Shown: positions 1 through 14,240 of the stretch, one piece after another
How positions within the stretch are numbered: position 1 is the stretch's first letter
Layout: the number at the start of each line of letters is the position of its first letter
From: Ruditapes philippinarum
Taxonomy: Eukaryota
Assembly (NCBI RefSeq): GCF_026571515.1
Contig: NW_026864970.1
Span: 1 to 64,000 of the forward strand
Direction: 5' to 3'
Length of the DNA stretch: 64,000 nucleotides
Made by a program: the position numbers and the translations under genes
Notes under the pieces: generated by a model
The model's input: the letters and a program-made list of their open reading frames with translations, nothing else
The model's database searches: none
Told to the model about the DNA's origin: nothing

Positions 1-374
1 TTAAATTTATATTTCTTTAAACGCACCACACACACGCAGAAATTGAAGTCGTACTTTCATATCTAAGTTCTTCAAAGAAAAAAATCGTTTTGTACCTGTT
101 TAAAATACAAACAATACCCCCCACCAACAAAACAAACTGTTTAAAGTGAAAAATTATCATTTTTTTCATCGACGCGCCTATAGTATAACGCTAACATTTA
201 GCGCACTTTAACGCTTTGTTTTTATAACGCAAATAAATAATAATCGGCCGTGCAATACCATTTTTACGGAACCGCAAAAAGCGGCACAAGTATGTGGTAA
301 AATATTATATTAAATCTCACTATTAATATATACTGTTGACATACCCAGATACACCCTCGTGTATTTCTGTAAGA

Positions 375-490
375 CTGATTTATCACAAATGACAATTCAG
401 GCTCCTACGTGTCTCTAAATGCTTTCAAAATGCCATAAACATACCAATATAAACATTTATGGTCATTTAATAAACATCCAACCATCACAG
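375..490. promoter_or_regulatory. Conserved non-coding module M1, copy 1 of 5 (others ~4161-4275, 9400-9520, 18101-18215, 21300-21425); putative cis-regulatory element
   Basis: Shared core aaatgac...ggctcct.tgtgtct.ta.atgctttcaaaat.ccataaacata.caata...taataaa. Clustered CCATAAA/CAATAAA/GTAATAAA (Cdx/posterior-Hox-type) and ATAAACA/ATAAATA (forkhead-type) words. The repeat is certain; the function is inferred. Confidence 0.4.
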
Positions 491-1237
491 GTCGCTACAT
501 GATGGTTTGTATTCTAGCACAATTCTAGTTTAATGTAAGTTATCCTTATTTCTCATGTGTCATTATCTAAATAAGGATATGTCGACTTGTTTTATTTAAA
601 GTATACAATATCTTGGTATTTTTGATACATTTTCATATTTGAGGAAAATAAAAATGTCTGATACGATCAATTGCTTTACTTCCTCTGCATTAATATTGTC
701 GCGTTAAGCGTCCTTTTTTGAAATTGGTATGAAATTAAACATAATAATAAGATAATCGTCCAGTTTAGTTTTTTTAATAATTTAAGAAAAACTGTTACTT
801 CCTGAGATATAAGTGCATGATTCAGTACATTTATGAATTATCGGATTGTCTTTAGTGTATTTTTAGTAACACAAACTGTTACTAGTCTCCAAAGTGAAAA
901 GAAAAAACGAAATACATATAAAAAGGTAATACAATGTTGTGCATTTGGCAATGGTTCGTTAATCTCATTTTTTTTATTGATTTTTTTGCGAGTAAGTACA
1001 ATGGCATGTTTGGACTTGCGTTTTTACAAGTAGAAAATCGAGTGGAAACTGGTTGAACGGTAGTGTCTGACAAAGCAAAACTACGATATTCCATCCAATA
1101 TATAGGTTGTTTGTAAAAAAATAAGGTTTAAGTAGGGACATTAGTGATGTCATTTATCTGCAATTTAATGTATAATGTATAGCTTTATATGATTGAGATC
1201 AAGCACATATATTCTAAGTAATCCCATTTAATGAGTT

Positions 1238-1521
1238 TTATCTTATTTATAATATACCCTGCATAATTATATTGAAGTAAATCATGACTTAAATGGCCAT
1301 ATTAATCAGATAAGTTTATGATAACAATTCATTGAAATGATCTGTTACGAGATAATAAAATCATTTGAGCTTATAAATATTACAATAACACTCATTATAG
1401 ATAGGATCGCCTACATAATGATAGGAGAACAATTAATTCAATATATTCCCTGCAAGGCATTATCATTATAATATAGCTAATAGTTATTGTCAAACTTGTG
1501 ACACAACAATTTTGCTGATAA
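1238..1521. promoter_or_regulatory. GATA-site cluster (putative enhancer), retained in paralog ~15160-15465
   Basis: Eight WGATAR/YTATCW words at 1238, 1308, 1319, 1350, 1399, 1419, 1460 and 1516. Seven are kept in unit B. Confidence 0.35.
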
Positions 1522-4500
1522 CAATACCATTATGAGAATTAAGCTGACAAAGCGCTCATTGCGCAAATGAAGCCAGTAAATGCCTAATTGTAGCTCTTCA
1601 AGGAGCGATTAGATTAATGCGTGTGTAAGAAACAACATATAAACAATCTTATATCTTTTGAAAAACTAAAGACATCATAAGTTTGGGGAAACATCTCATA
1701 ATAAAAACAAGATATTGTATGTATTCCAACATAAGTAAATATATTATGTTTTCGTATAGATGTAATTCATGTTTATAGTTGTATTTATGTTCAAATAAAA
1801 TGCGTGTTTTTTATTTTTTATTTTTTTATTCTTTATTTTAAGTAATTTCAGAATAATGTGCAAATTAATTAAACAATAAAGCGTTGCCAGACAATGTAAT
1901 TGTAGGACGTCAAAACATTATTGCATGCACATGCTATTCAATCCCAATAGATATAATAAAAGTGCTATGTGATGCATGCCTATGCAACCAAACAACAATG
2001 ACTCTACATCTAGAATAGACAGTACAGTCTTTTCGGTCATTGTTTCATCGACATTTCATTTTTAACGTAATTATAATTTTGAAAGAGCAGCCGGATACGA
2101 TATTCTAATGGATGTATTTTCACATTATGTGGTATGAAGATACTACTTGCCGCATGTATTACTTCCTTCACAATTTCTTTGTGAAATCAATATTGCACCG
2201 CATTGCAAAAAGTCAGAATTAATTAATCTTTGGTCACAACACTATCAATGTAATTTTGTCGACAACAGCAGTATTGTTTCTTTGTTGGTTTATCGCTTCA
2301 ACGAGGCGTTGATACAGAATGCAGTGTCCTATATCAGTAGCATTGCTTGCAATTATAGTAAACCACTGGCGTCATAAAAATTAAACAGCATCCACCGACA
2401 AACATCAATTTTTTTCAGATTAAACAAACCCATGTGAGCTGATAATCATTAAGGAGATTATGTATGACATTGCCCGTCTGAAATCCAAATCTCCCCTTTA
2501 AGTCAAACGATATTAGATCACCATTCTTTGTCAAATAAATAAACAAGCATTACTCACAAAACAATCAATTTTGAAAGAATGTCATCATAAACGAAAGTAG
2601 TGGTTACAATCAAACGGTTTAAGAGGAATAAGTGGTAAATTGAACTTAGTATGATTTCAAACAACTGCTAAAGTTTTATTTCATACTTAATTCAATATCA
2701 AAATCCATATGGCTGCTGTACAAATGACTTCATCTTTTATTTCAGTATTATGATAACATATCATATATCATTATTCCTAATTCAATCAGTTTTTTGGCTT
2801 GGCAAAAATGATGAAAACATTTGTATCCTTGGGAAATAATGCTGTATAACATTATTCAAACAATAACTTTCAAAACAATATTGACAATCTCTTATGTTTA
2901 TATGTCGTTGGAAATTACTGGATCGTGAATTTTCTGATATTTTTCACAGACATCATCATTTGGTCAAGTTTGCAATTGTTTTTGATTTTGCTTTTGTTAT
3001 GAATCTCTTCATTTAGCAAATGGTTATGAGCAGTGCAATATGGCCAGATATAATATGATATTTGTATGTACGTTAAAAGATTATAGTTCTTAATGATAAT
3101 TTTGGACGATGTCATACTTACAATTATAGTTGTTGAATGTCTTATCTATTCGGTGTCTCCAAAAATATGACTTATTGCTACAGATATGAGCGACAATATT
3201 CCATAAGACATTATATATCTTTTTTTTTTGGTAATGATAGGCGACTAAAAAGTGTTCCCATATTTGCATAATCATATTTTTTAAACTGTTTTTCTAAACA
3301 TAAATACAATCATATAATTTTAAAGTTTTTATGTCCCCTCGACGAACCAAAATCATTTTAAAATGAAAATAATAAGAATAATTCCCCGCCGTTAAAAATT
3401 ATTAACCCCCTATTAAAAAGTTTTTTACGACTTCCCAAACATTTTGTCTCGTGACATTTCCTTAATCCTTGATTAAATTTGTCTTCTTTTAGGAAAAATT
3501 TGGAAATAATTACACTCTGGGATTATATTACTATGAAATTGAACTAGTGTTGATGTTTTTTATGTTCAAGGAAGTATAACATTTGAAAATATTAAAATTT
3601 TAAATTTTCCAAAAAGCGCTACATTGAATTATATAACTGTCATTAGCAAATTTTTTATTTTTACGTAAAACAAACAGAAAGGAAAAGGAGAACCTTCCCA
3701 AAAAAAACCTTTTGTTTTTAAAACTTCAATTTGGGTTAAAAATTTCTGGTTAAAAATATTTACTTTTGAATTTTAAATTAAAAATTAAAATTTTAATTTG
3801 TAAATTTTTTTTAACCCTTAGATTTATTTGTTAAAATATGTTTACAAAATAAAACTGTTTAATGTCCATTTAGTACATGATTTAAATTTTTTTCTTCTTT
3901 TAGTATGCATGCTCAAAATTTTATCAAAAATGATATATTTTTAAAAATGTTGGACCCGGAAGAGTTTTCATAAAAACCAGTTTTTTTCATGCAGTTTATA
4001 TTTAGTATCAGATTGGCATCTCTTTAAGAAACAAATAAAATTTAATTTTAAAAAACTTTCAATTGTCACCAAATTTTCTTGATATTTTTTCACTTTACAA
4101 AAAGTATACGCATTGCTGAAAAATTTTACAAAAATATGTACGAGGATTTCCCGCAAACAATAAACCATAAATGACATAAAGGCTCCTATTTGTCTATAGA
4201 TGCTTTCAAAATACCATAAACATAACAATAAATAGATTGATATTGGTGTAATAAATATCATATCATCACATATCGTATATCATATTTCACATTGATCACG
4301 TTTTCAAGATACTAGTACTATCGTAGTTTAAAATATGCAGTTTAAAAGTAAGCTGACTATATTTTTACATTTGAACGTCTACGTATACTTCGACTATGAG
4401 TAAGCAGACAAAGGCGAAATTGCACTGAGAATGGGCAGAAAGAAAATCTCAATTTTGAAAAAAATGTTTTCTTCTATTTAATTCAATATACATGTATAAT

Positions 4501-6041
4501 TACATACAATTTACTAATAGGTGTTATTATCACCAATTAGTCACTAAAATAACTGCTATTACAAAAGCAACTAAATGAATATTTAATATCACTTTTACAT
4601 TACTTTTAATAGAAAATCGAAAGTAAATGACTTTTGCTAGAATATTAATTAAAAAGGATTTTGATAGCAATTGCTTCAAAATACCAAAAACATTAACATT
4701 TCAAATCTAGTACTGGTGTATATTGTAAACATGTATATGAGGTATTGTTATCTTAATTGAACTGATTTAATATTCTTTATGATAAACGAGCACTTCAAAG
4801 AACCCAATGCATGCATTCATTAATAGATATACAGGAAATAATTGTGTTGCTTTCAAATGCCATTAAATATAAGTCACTTAAATTGATTCCGTTTTCTATA
4901 TCAGTTCTCTTATATTTGTTGCAACTATTAATTTGTAGTGAAGTGCAGATTGAATGCAATATATTTTTGCTCAACTTTTATAGCGAGATCTTGCTGTTCT
5001 AAACTGATCTAAAACTATCATTTCATATATCTCTGTCCAGTAGAAACACAGGAATTAATAATAATAACTTATTGTACAATGGATATGGAGACTAATATAT
5101 TTAATATCAATATCATTTTTCTGTTGTGTCACATCCAGTCAATCAACTAAAAGCTCATATCTAGAAAACAGTTTATTTGTCATTTTGGATGTGTAAACAA
5201 TATATCCTCTAAAGTATGATTTGACGCTAGAATGTTCTCCTCGGAGATGATTTATCTGAGTGATACGTATTAACCTATCAGTTCTATTTAGTATTTAAAT
5301 CTAATTTTTTTTTTGGTATCATTTCACTTATCATACATTCTTGAGTACAACACTAGATTTTAATGGACGAGTACAAAGCTGTCAAACCTATATTGGCCGA
5401 TTCTGATATACGTTTCGCAGCAGTGTCCGAGTCAAAATGAATCTAACCAATGGATAATGACCTTTTTTCACCATTTTTACATTTTGACAGAACAGAACTT
5501 TGTTACTTCATGTACAATATGGTAAGGATATTTTTGCCGCCCTGAAAACGTAAATGAGGCTAGACAGAGTACGATATGCACTTGATATATATATATTGGA
5601 CTAAACAACTGTAAATGTGGGTGTATAGGGTACGATATGCATTTGATATATCAAAACATATAAAATTGTATTAAGTGCACATCCAAAAGATGCAATATAA
5701 TCAAGTAATTATATTTAATTCAATTTAGTATTTTATGCTATATCACACTCTCTTTTTTTTTTTTAAATAGGGTCGAAATAAAAAGGTAAATCAACAAACA
5801 AACAAAGACATTTGAAAACAACTTTTTAAAAACAAATCTTAAAAAGAGATTTCTTTTTTTTTTCATTTACCATTTGTTATAATCTACATTTAATGAAATG
5901 TTCAATTAAATAAAAAAATGTTTTAAATAAGCTTTTATTTATATTTATTTTTTTTTATTATTTTGCTTCTGACGACTAGACCGGAAACATTTAGTTTTTT
6001 TTATATTTGTCTTTCACGAAATATGTTAGATGTTCCGTAAT

Positions 6042-6975
6042 ATAGGGTTAACGCACGTTTTTTCCGTGTTATAACGTCTGCAGAGTCCCGAGGAACGGTA
6101 CTCCAACAGTTCCGAGGGACTCTGCAGACTTTATAACACGAAATAAACGTGCGTTGACGCTATTATAGCATAAAATTTTAAAACAGATTCATGATGTCGA
6201 TTGAATACAAAACACATTCATTAAATCCTTCTGCTTGGACGGTATTTATCCAAATCTACATGTTTTACGTATGCGTTTTATTTTTCCGGGACCAACATCT
6301 TTAGAAATTCAAAAGCTCAGAACCGAACGAAATTTCGAATTTCAATTGATTTAACAAAGCTTAACATTGGAGATTTATTAACTTAAGAAAAAATACACAT
6401 TAAATTACTCTACCAAAGACAAAACATGACCCTCAGAAAATTCCTAGAATTATTTCTGATTGACGGTAAAAAAAGATCAATGACATCAGAATCGTTTTCT
6501 TTTTCAAGCACACAAGTTTATAAAAGAACCAGGCACTAAACATTATCCTCTCAAAGAAATATAAAGAGCATTTATCAATATAAACATCAATAAAACAACA
6601 TTTTCTCATATTCATTTTGTGTTATCTTGTTTGGAGGGTTTGTTTACATTGACAACGGTCCGTTTCTTAGAAAGGGCGACAAGATTAGCGGCGATGTCTA
6701 TACGCCGTATTTCCGGCATAGTTACTTGAATGCTGCTCGCCGTTACTTATGCGACTGATGCCCTCGAATCAATAATTTCAATATAACAAAAGCGCATGAC
6801 TGTTTCGCAAACAAGGCCAAATTGTCATTTTTTTTTGTTTGTTTACTGGGCCCTGTATGTATTGCGCATAGGTAAAACTCGGCTATAACAAGAGCGCGTG
6901 ACTATGTTAACACATGGTTTTGGTCCCGTTATAACATGGGCAAAAGAGGGAAAAATAGCCGATTTTATGCTATAA
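6042..6975. mobile_element. Non-autonomous palindrome-headed DNA element (possibly Crypton-type)
   Basis: ~55-bp-arm hairpin at 6042-6163 (gtctgcagagtccc...gggactctgcagac), then a body bounded by perfect 14-bp inverted repeats ttatagcataaaat (6163-6176) and attttatgctataa (6962-6975). Lies in the segment missing from unit B. Confidence 0.7.
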
Positions 6976-7589
6976 TTCCTATTAAATTGCGACAGCTTTC
7001 AGTACTATTAGGCTTTTTAATATGTTTTTGTTATGCATGAAACGTTTTTCTTATTAGTTATAAAAGCAAACTGGGTCGTACTTTGTAATCAGAAATTCGA
7101 GGTCAACATATTGTCAAAAGTTTTAACATGTTCGAATAGCAAAAATCCATCAGATACGGAAAAAGGTATACCTTACTGAATTACATAATTGGACATGCCT
7201 ATATTAAAATCTGGCCACAATCTTATGAACCGGCTAACCTTTTCCTGCACTGGTCGGCTTGATATTGTCAGTTGCCGCTAGCAGGCTCTTGGTCAAAACA
7301 TAAACAAACAAAGTCGTCATTGAATTTAAAATTAAAACGCAACACAAATACGTTTTTATTGTTGCTTATTTTAGAAGCATTCATCAGCCTAATTCTACAC
7401 ACAGGAAAAGTGAATTCGTATGATTTAATAAGCCTAAATGTATTTATAGCTGAAACGAAACTGGCTCCATGTCTAGAGTTTTGTTTACTTAAAAAATAAA
7501 TTTAATGGTGCGTCTGGAACAAGAGACGTAGTGCATTTAGAAAAAAAGGCATTTTTGAATCATTTCTGTAAATTTGACAAATACTGAAA

Positions 7590-7794
7590 TCACGACAAAA
7601 CCAACGCAATGCGTTTGCGACCAGCATCCGCGCAGTCTGATCAGGATCCATGCTGTTTGCTATCAGTTTCTCTACTTGTAGTAGGGTCGGTAAGCGAACA
7701 TCATGGGTCCTGATCAGACTGCGCGGATGCACAGGCTGGTCTGGATCCATGCTGGTCGCAAACGCATAACGTTTGTTTTGTCATGGCACGGCTC
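7590..7794. mobile_element. Palindromic MITE, left-truncated copy of the 35484-35718 family
   Basis: Same sequence family (gcgcagtctgatcaggatccatg...cctgatcagactgcgcggatg). Right end cggctc is intact; the left terminus is missing and the left arm has a short deletion. Confidence 0.9.
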
Positions 7795-10700
7795 ATATAC
7801 CTATTACGTGTGATAAATGTTTAAGGTTATAAACTTAGGCAATTAACATTGAAAACATTTAATATGATAATTGCATTTCGGTAAATTCAGATAATTATAA
7901 TGTCCAGGCATTTGCCTTAACACTAAGGTTTTGTTAATCTAAATAACGGAAACTTCTTTAAAACTGATAACAAATTATATTATTTAGAGTAAATAATTCT
8001 AAATTTGATCATATAATTGGGAATCTATTACTTAATGATCTTTTACAGTATGGAAAATACAAGCATGGAACTAAAAAACGAATGCGAATTATACTATCTA
8101 ATTTAAAAGCAAATTTAATATTGCAGTGCATTAATTCATTAGATGCAAACGGACTTGATGCTGTTTAATATACATTTGTATATGCATATGTTCTTAATCT
8201 GCCTCGACCTCGGCCTCAAAATCTAAATTGTCCTTGGCCGTGTAGATGACATTTGTCTTTTGAAAATTGAAACTTCAATAACGATTTCGATAAATGTTTC
8301 AAAAAGTGGATATTTTTATTCTCATTTATTCTCATCGCGCAGACAGACATTTTAATGTTTTCTGCTGATATATTATTTCAAAATGAGGTATCCGAAATAT
8401 CTCCCTTTTTATTTTGTCATTTCGAAACGATCATCTGATTAATAGGAAACACGAAACCATATTCTTGAAATGATATTATTTTGATGTATTTACCAGGCAA
8501 CAATATATTAAGATTATTTGTTCTTCTTATCTCTGACTACAGTCTATGCTTCATGTAGCGATATTTTATTTGTACATGTACCTATGTTAAACTACATGGA
8601 TATATATATGTTGAAATTTAAGAAAGTCAGTATTATTAGTTCATTTTAACTATTTTATTACATAAATACAAAAGACAATTTCTAAAACTAAAAATAACAG
8701 AAAAAAGTAACTAAAGGTGCCGATGCCCAAATGATTGTTTTTATTTTGCATGCATATGGGTTTTTTTTAACAGTTATATCCGATCGTATGCACTATCATG
8801 TGCATTGCATACACAATATTTGCGGCATCCTGAGACTCATGTCTCGAGCCAGTTCATTGTAACAGTACATTTATATCTTAGCATACGGGTTATAATTGGC
8901 AAACACTGACTCGTAACATTTCAAAAGCTTTATCTATTGGACTAGTTTTACGCATTTCATAAACCATGAAAAAACGGTGTATCCATAAACATATGGTCGA
9001 TTCCTGTGGAAGTGGTAAATTGTATGTCTATCTATGAACACACATGAATATTGTATATTAAAATATTATGGTGCTTACTGTAATAAGAAAGCAATGATTT
9101 TGAACATGAATCATTCGCTTGTTAACAAAATAGTCAGATATATTTATTCATAAAGGTATCTTCCGAGTATTCGTTAATCACATAGCAATTTTGTTGCTAA
9201 CAACAAGTAGCAAATAATTACTTTAACATACTTAAATTGTCAATTTTTTAATGTACGTTTGGCATACCATCTTGGCATTAAATGGACAACGTTAAATCAC
9301 TATTCTGAATCATAGCTCATATTCAATTTTCACTGAAAATTATAAATGGATATGTGCTGGTGAAATATCTCCTAAACAATATATCTTGTATTCCTACAAG
9401 ACTGATATATCACAAATGACAATAAAGGTTCCTCTGTGTCTCTAAATGCTTTTAAAATGTCATAAACATACCAATATAAACATTTATGTTCATGTAATAA
9501 ACATCTCAGCATCGCATATCGATACTTACTTGTCCTGTTTTAGAAATGATCAAAATATATTTATTTCAAATAGTAATTTGTTATGATAGCTATTCATTGA
9601 GACGTCCTTTAAATGCGCATAGGAAAGATGGTATTATTTTTCTTTATACAACAATGTTAGCCATGTTAATGGAAATGCCTAAATGTAAACGATTATAAAA
9701 TAGAGAAAAATGGAATCTCAGAATAACGCCCAAAACGACAAAATTGAACTTGTTGCACGCTCGGTAAGCCTTTTCGTGGATGGTAAAGATGGTAAAGAAA
9801 AGTGCAAAATACAGTTCACGCCCCTAGCATCGGCTTAAGCAAAATGTAACATTTAAATATACCAAGAAACCTAACTTACTGCAGAAGTTTGCAATGTAAC
9901 ATGTTTATGCCACGTCATTGAAAGCGGTCATGACTCAGTATTTAAATTGTTGTGTTCAGCCTCCGTCTCTAAAATTGTTATAAAGTCATAATCTAAATAC
10001 AGCGCTGACATTGTTTACATGTTTATACCTTCTAAATTCATCATCATAGTGGAATGTTTATTGCATAATTTATAATCTTCTATGTCTATTGATGGCAAAA
10101 GAAAAATTAAATAAAACCAAATGCATATTAATATATAATGTGAATATATTCTGCACGATACAATAGCATGTTTTAATATTCTGCATTTATCTATTATTAA
10201 ACCGCTTCAAAGCGCCAAATCCCTGAGTTCATAAATTGTTGAACAGAAAATGTTTTATGAAGCTGTTTTTAAAGAGATTAGATAAGAGTTATAAAACAAT
10301 TTATTCCGTTATTAAAATAAAGGACACATGCAGGCGGATGAAGTAATTTATATGGCTAAAAAAGAAATTACACTTTTTTGAAAGGGAATGTCCGCAAATA
10401 TATCTGTCTTTTGTGTTGTTTGATATTTTAACATGCTAATTTCTATTCTATTATGATATGATATATACATTTTATTTTGTAAAGATACAAACTATTACTG
10501 TATGCTTCTCTGATCATTACTTTTTTGCATTAAGACATTACTAACTTTTTGAGTATCTTATCAATTATTAGATATTCCCTTCCATATAAAACTGAAGTAA
10601 TGTTGTATTTTCCATAAATTTGATGTATGATTTAATGTCCTGCTTAAGGCAAAATTGGACGAACATATTGTAAAGTCGTTTTTGGTGTTGTAGTAAGCAT

Positions 10701-13700
10701 ATTGAACGTGCAATCAATCTAGAGACACGTGTTTTGAGTCCATAATTGACGTGCCTATTTTCTGTGTGATTTATCTGTGTTTTATTTCCCGCGCCCTTGA
10801 AAATACTAGAACGATTTTCCTGTAGCGTTGCTATTGGGTGCAGAATTTAAAAAGGGGTATTACGCAAATAAATCAAATACAGAATCCAAATCAATTTATT
10901 GTTTTCATTTATTACACGGTGTATCATTATTTCTCTATACACGGGGAAAACAAATGCTTTTTAAAGATAACGTTAATGCTTACAGACGTTTGAATGGAGA
11001 ATAATATTATTTCCCGGGTCTTTATTGTCTCTTTTAGATATTTGAAATCTAATTTCCAGTGTTATATTGTCTGTTGTGAGATAATTTAAACTTACATATT
11101 CTTTTTCTTATTTGAAGGGCCAAAGTATCTTGAAAAATATACATTATATGGGACATTGCTTTTAAAGTGCAATCATCAATCTGTTATGTTTTGGATGTTG
11201 TCGTTTGTTTAAAGATAGTACTTGTAATGTTAATTTAGGTAATGGAAAATTGCAAGAAATCAATATCATTTGCTGCAGTTAAATACCAGTATAATCAATA
11301 CAATAGCAAATGTCTCTATAATTTAAAATCAAACCGTAAGAGGCAGTATCACATTAGCAGTGCCTTTAAATAGTTACAAAAACATTTTAATTTTCTTACT
11401 TCTCTTTATTTCATTGTTACCAAGAATAAGCAATTTTTGTCATATAAAGTTATTATAAATGACATACAATAATTGTTTATTATTGCCTAATGTCAAAAAG
11501 GGAGCCTTTAGATATATATTTTGTATTGAGAAAAAAATACAATGCAATATATTAATCTGAAAAGAATATGTATCTTTTAAAGGGGGTGGGTCTACAAGAT
11601 AAATATTTCCTGTGTGTACTTATTTCTACGGCAATAAAACAAAATTGAGACATATGATAACATTCGTGATTCTTTGAAATATTGTAATATTATGTTACTA
11701 TCCGATTTCGGCTAAAGCTATTTATATCGCGTATGTGCGTGTGTATAGTAATTGAATTTTCACAACTACGTGTGTTTATGGAGTGTAACCGATGAAAGCT
11801 GTCCGTTCATCGAGCAAATCCATGAGTGTTATTTACGACCTTCAGAACATAAATATCAGAGGCATATGTGCACAATAAACATATTAAACACTGACGACAT
11901 AATATCCGAGCTCCATTTCACCATTTCACTTTCATACTTTGTATATTTTTAACTTAAGTAAATATAACTGTGATAATATATTGTCGTAAGTCAATTAACA
12001 TACTACGAAAATAGCTCCGAATATGAAGTTATTTATCATAAAAGTAACAACATGTAATTAAATCATTATTTTAACTTCCATACAAAATACGAGATCACTA
12101 TATTTGAACAGGCAACCGAAGTAAAAGGTGGTTCTGTTATTTATAATAATATGCAAATGTGTTACTTTTGGAAACTATCAGATGGCACCAAATATTAAGA
12201 GTTATTGATATATGAGCATTTCTGGGGCATAATTGACATTAAAACTTTAACGTGTAATTTTGTGATTTCATAAGTTCTTTATCGACAGAAATGAATGCTG
12301 TGATAAATATTGTTAGTACCATATTCACACTTCATATGAATCAATATAGCCTTAGAAGGTACATGTTATTTATCAATTTTATGTTTTTATAACATTATCT
12401 TTTATTTTTTTACTTATTTAAGGATAAAGAAACAAGATGGATTAGTTACTATGGGTTGCTTTAGGATGAGATACTATAAGAAACTAATAATCACGAAACA
12501 ATTTTCGTCTCCTATCGGCAATTTCCATTATACATTTTTAGTATATGTGAGTTACGTGAGATACTTTCATCATATGAGGACACACCAATATGACGGTTTG
12601 CATGTTTTTTCTAGGGGTTCCGTTCTCCTATATGTACAAAGTAGTTATCAATGACAACCGATGTATATTGTAAGCAGATCCTATACACTAATATTTCCGA
12701 AATGTTCTTGCCGTTTCCGTCCATGTCAATGAAGCTCTCCTATTAATTTTATATGACAACCAATGACGTTGATTATGGTAACAAAAAGCACAAAAACTAT
12801 GTACGCTATGTCAGCATATTTTAAAACATGTGTTTACATCGTCAGTTTCTCTCATAAAAGCACGATTCTCAAATTGAATAAATATTGCATTGGCATCCTA
12901 TTAGGACCAGACATTTTAAGTGTCAACTTGTAGGATAAACAATAATTAAAATTAATGTGACTTTACGGTATTTTTGTGATACAAGCGTAATAACAATTAA
13001 TTACGATATGTCATTAAAACACATCAAGGAAATATTTAACTATAAATTCTAGACGGGGTTGATGTTTATATGACAAAATATGTGTCGCAATATTAATCAG
13101 TTTTAATTCATTAACATAATACATGTCGAGAAATAATTGTGGTTATAAAGTTATAATGGTTATAAAAAATAGACATGATTTGAAAGTTATCATTTTGTGA
13201 TGATTATCGTTTTATCTGAGGTCATTTTGCACATTCAATTGAAATGATTATTCTGGAAAAGGTGGGCGTGAAACGACCTGACGATTTGCACACAGGTTAT
13301 TGGTTCAAACGTATATGCCAAAATTGCTAGTGATAAATCCTTTGAATGAGCACTATTGTCATGACTTTAGTGGAAAGTTATATATGTAATGACGTTCGTA
13401 ACATGCATTATAACATGTAACATTTTACAAAGAATGCGTTAACAAAAGGTTGATGTATAAGATAAAACAGTCTGTGCACGAAAATAGTTCTTGGTATTTT
13501 TGTACACTGTTTGTATCACATTGCAGAATTGTTATACTTGCAACTCTTTTGCTATTTATCAAAATGGGTAGCAGCTGCTAGAAACATGAAGCGGCCTGGT
13601 ATAATTATGAAAGCTGTTTGGTGATAAATCTATAGAGGAGTCCGTATGAAACATCCAAGCAACCCGTTGTTGTATAAGATGGAAAATACAAAACGTTTGC

Positions 13701-14240
13701 TACTACAATATTTTATATCTATACTTTCACAGTGACCTTTCAACGTGGATTTCTTTATAGCGAAGTCTTCTCTAGATATTACAGTTTAAATTTGTCTAAA
13801 TCATTTTCAGTTCCATGTATTAAAAATAAAACGTCCTACATGTATAAATCATATGTTGCAGATCTAAATCATTTTATGCATGCATCTAAAATATACAATA
13901 AAATACAAACACACGCACACAAAAACAAAAGAAAAAAACCCAGTATCATTTCTCTCCGAAATTAATTCTTGAGAAAAATCTCCGAAAAGAAGTTGTTATT
14001 TCAGATCGATATCAAATTGATACATAATGAAAGATGTCACGCAAGGTCTCCTGGTAAAGTTGTGTCCACTTTGAAGCGCCTGAATAAAAGAGACTTTGTC
14101 AAATATGATATTGATAAAATGTGTATGCTTATTTACAGGCACTGTATTTCTCTTTAAGAAATGCAGATTTGCAACTTAACTTACAAGTGTCATAACAAAC
14201 TGGAATAGCTGTTAATATGAAACAGAAACAAGTGTAAAAA

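Noticed and set aside
4176-4200. aaaggctcct as a histone mRNA stem-loop
   Set aside because: The GGCTCTTTTCAGAGCC hairpin is incomplete and there is no histone ORF.
5968-5995. ctgacga...ggaaac hammerhead-like motif
   Set aside because: Stems and cleavage triplet are too degenerate to support a call.
7502-7750. ORF MDPDQPVHPRSLIR...
   Set aside because: Translation of the palindromic MITE.
11095-11185. Minus-strand exon candidate IDDCTLKAMSHIMYIFQDTLALQIRKRI ending at a GTAAGT donor
   Set aside because: The paralog at ~22890-22975 has single-base indels that shift the frame, and the acceptor is weak.
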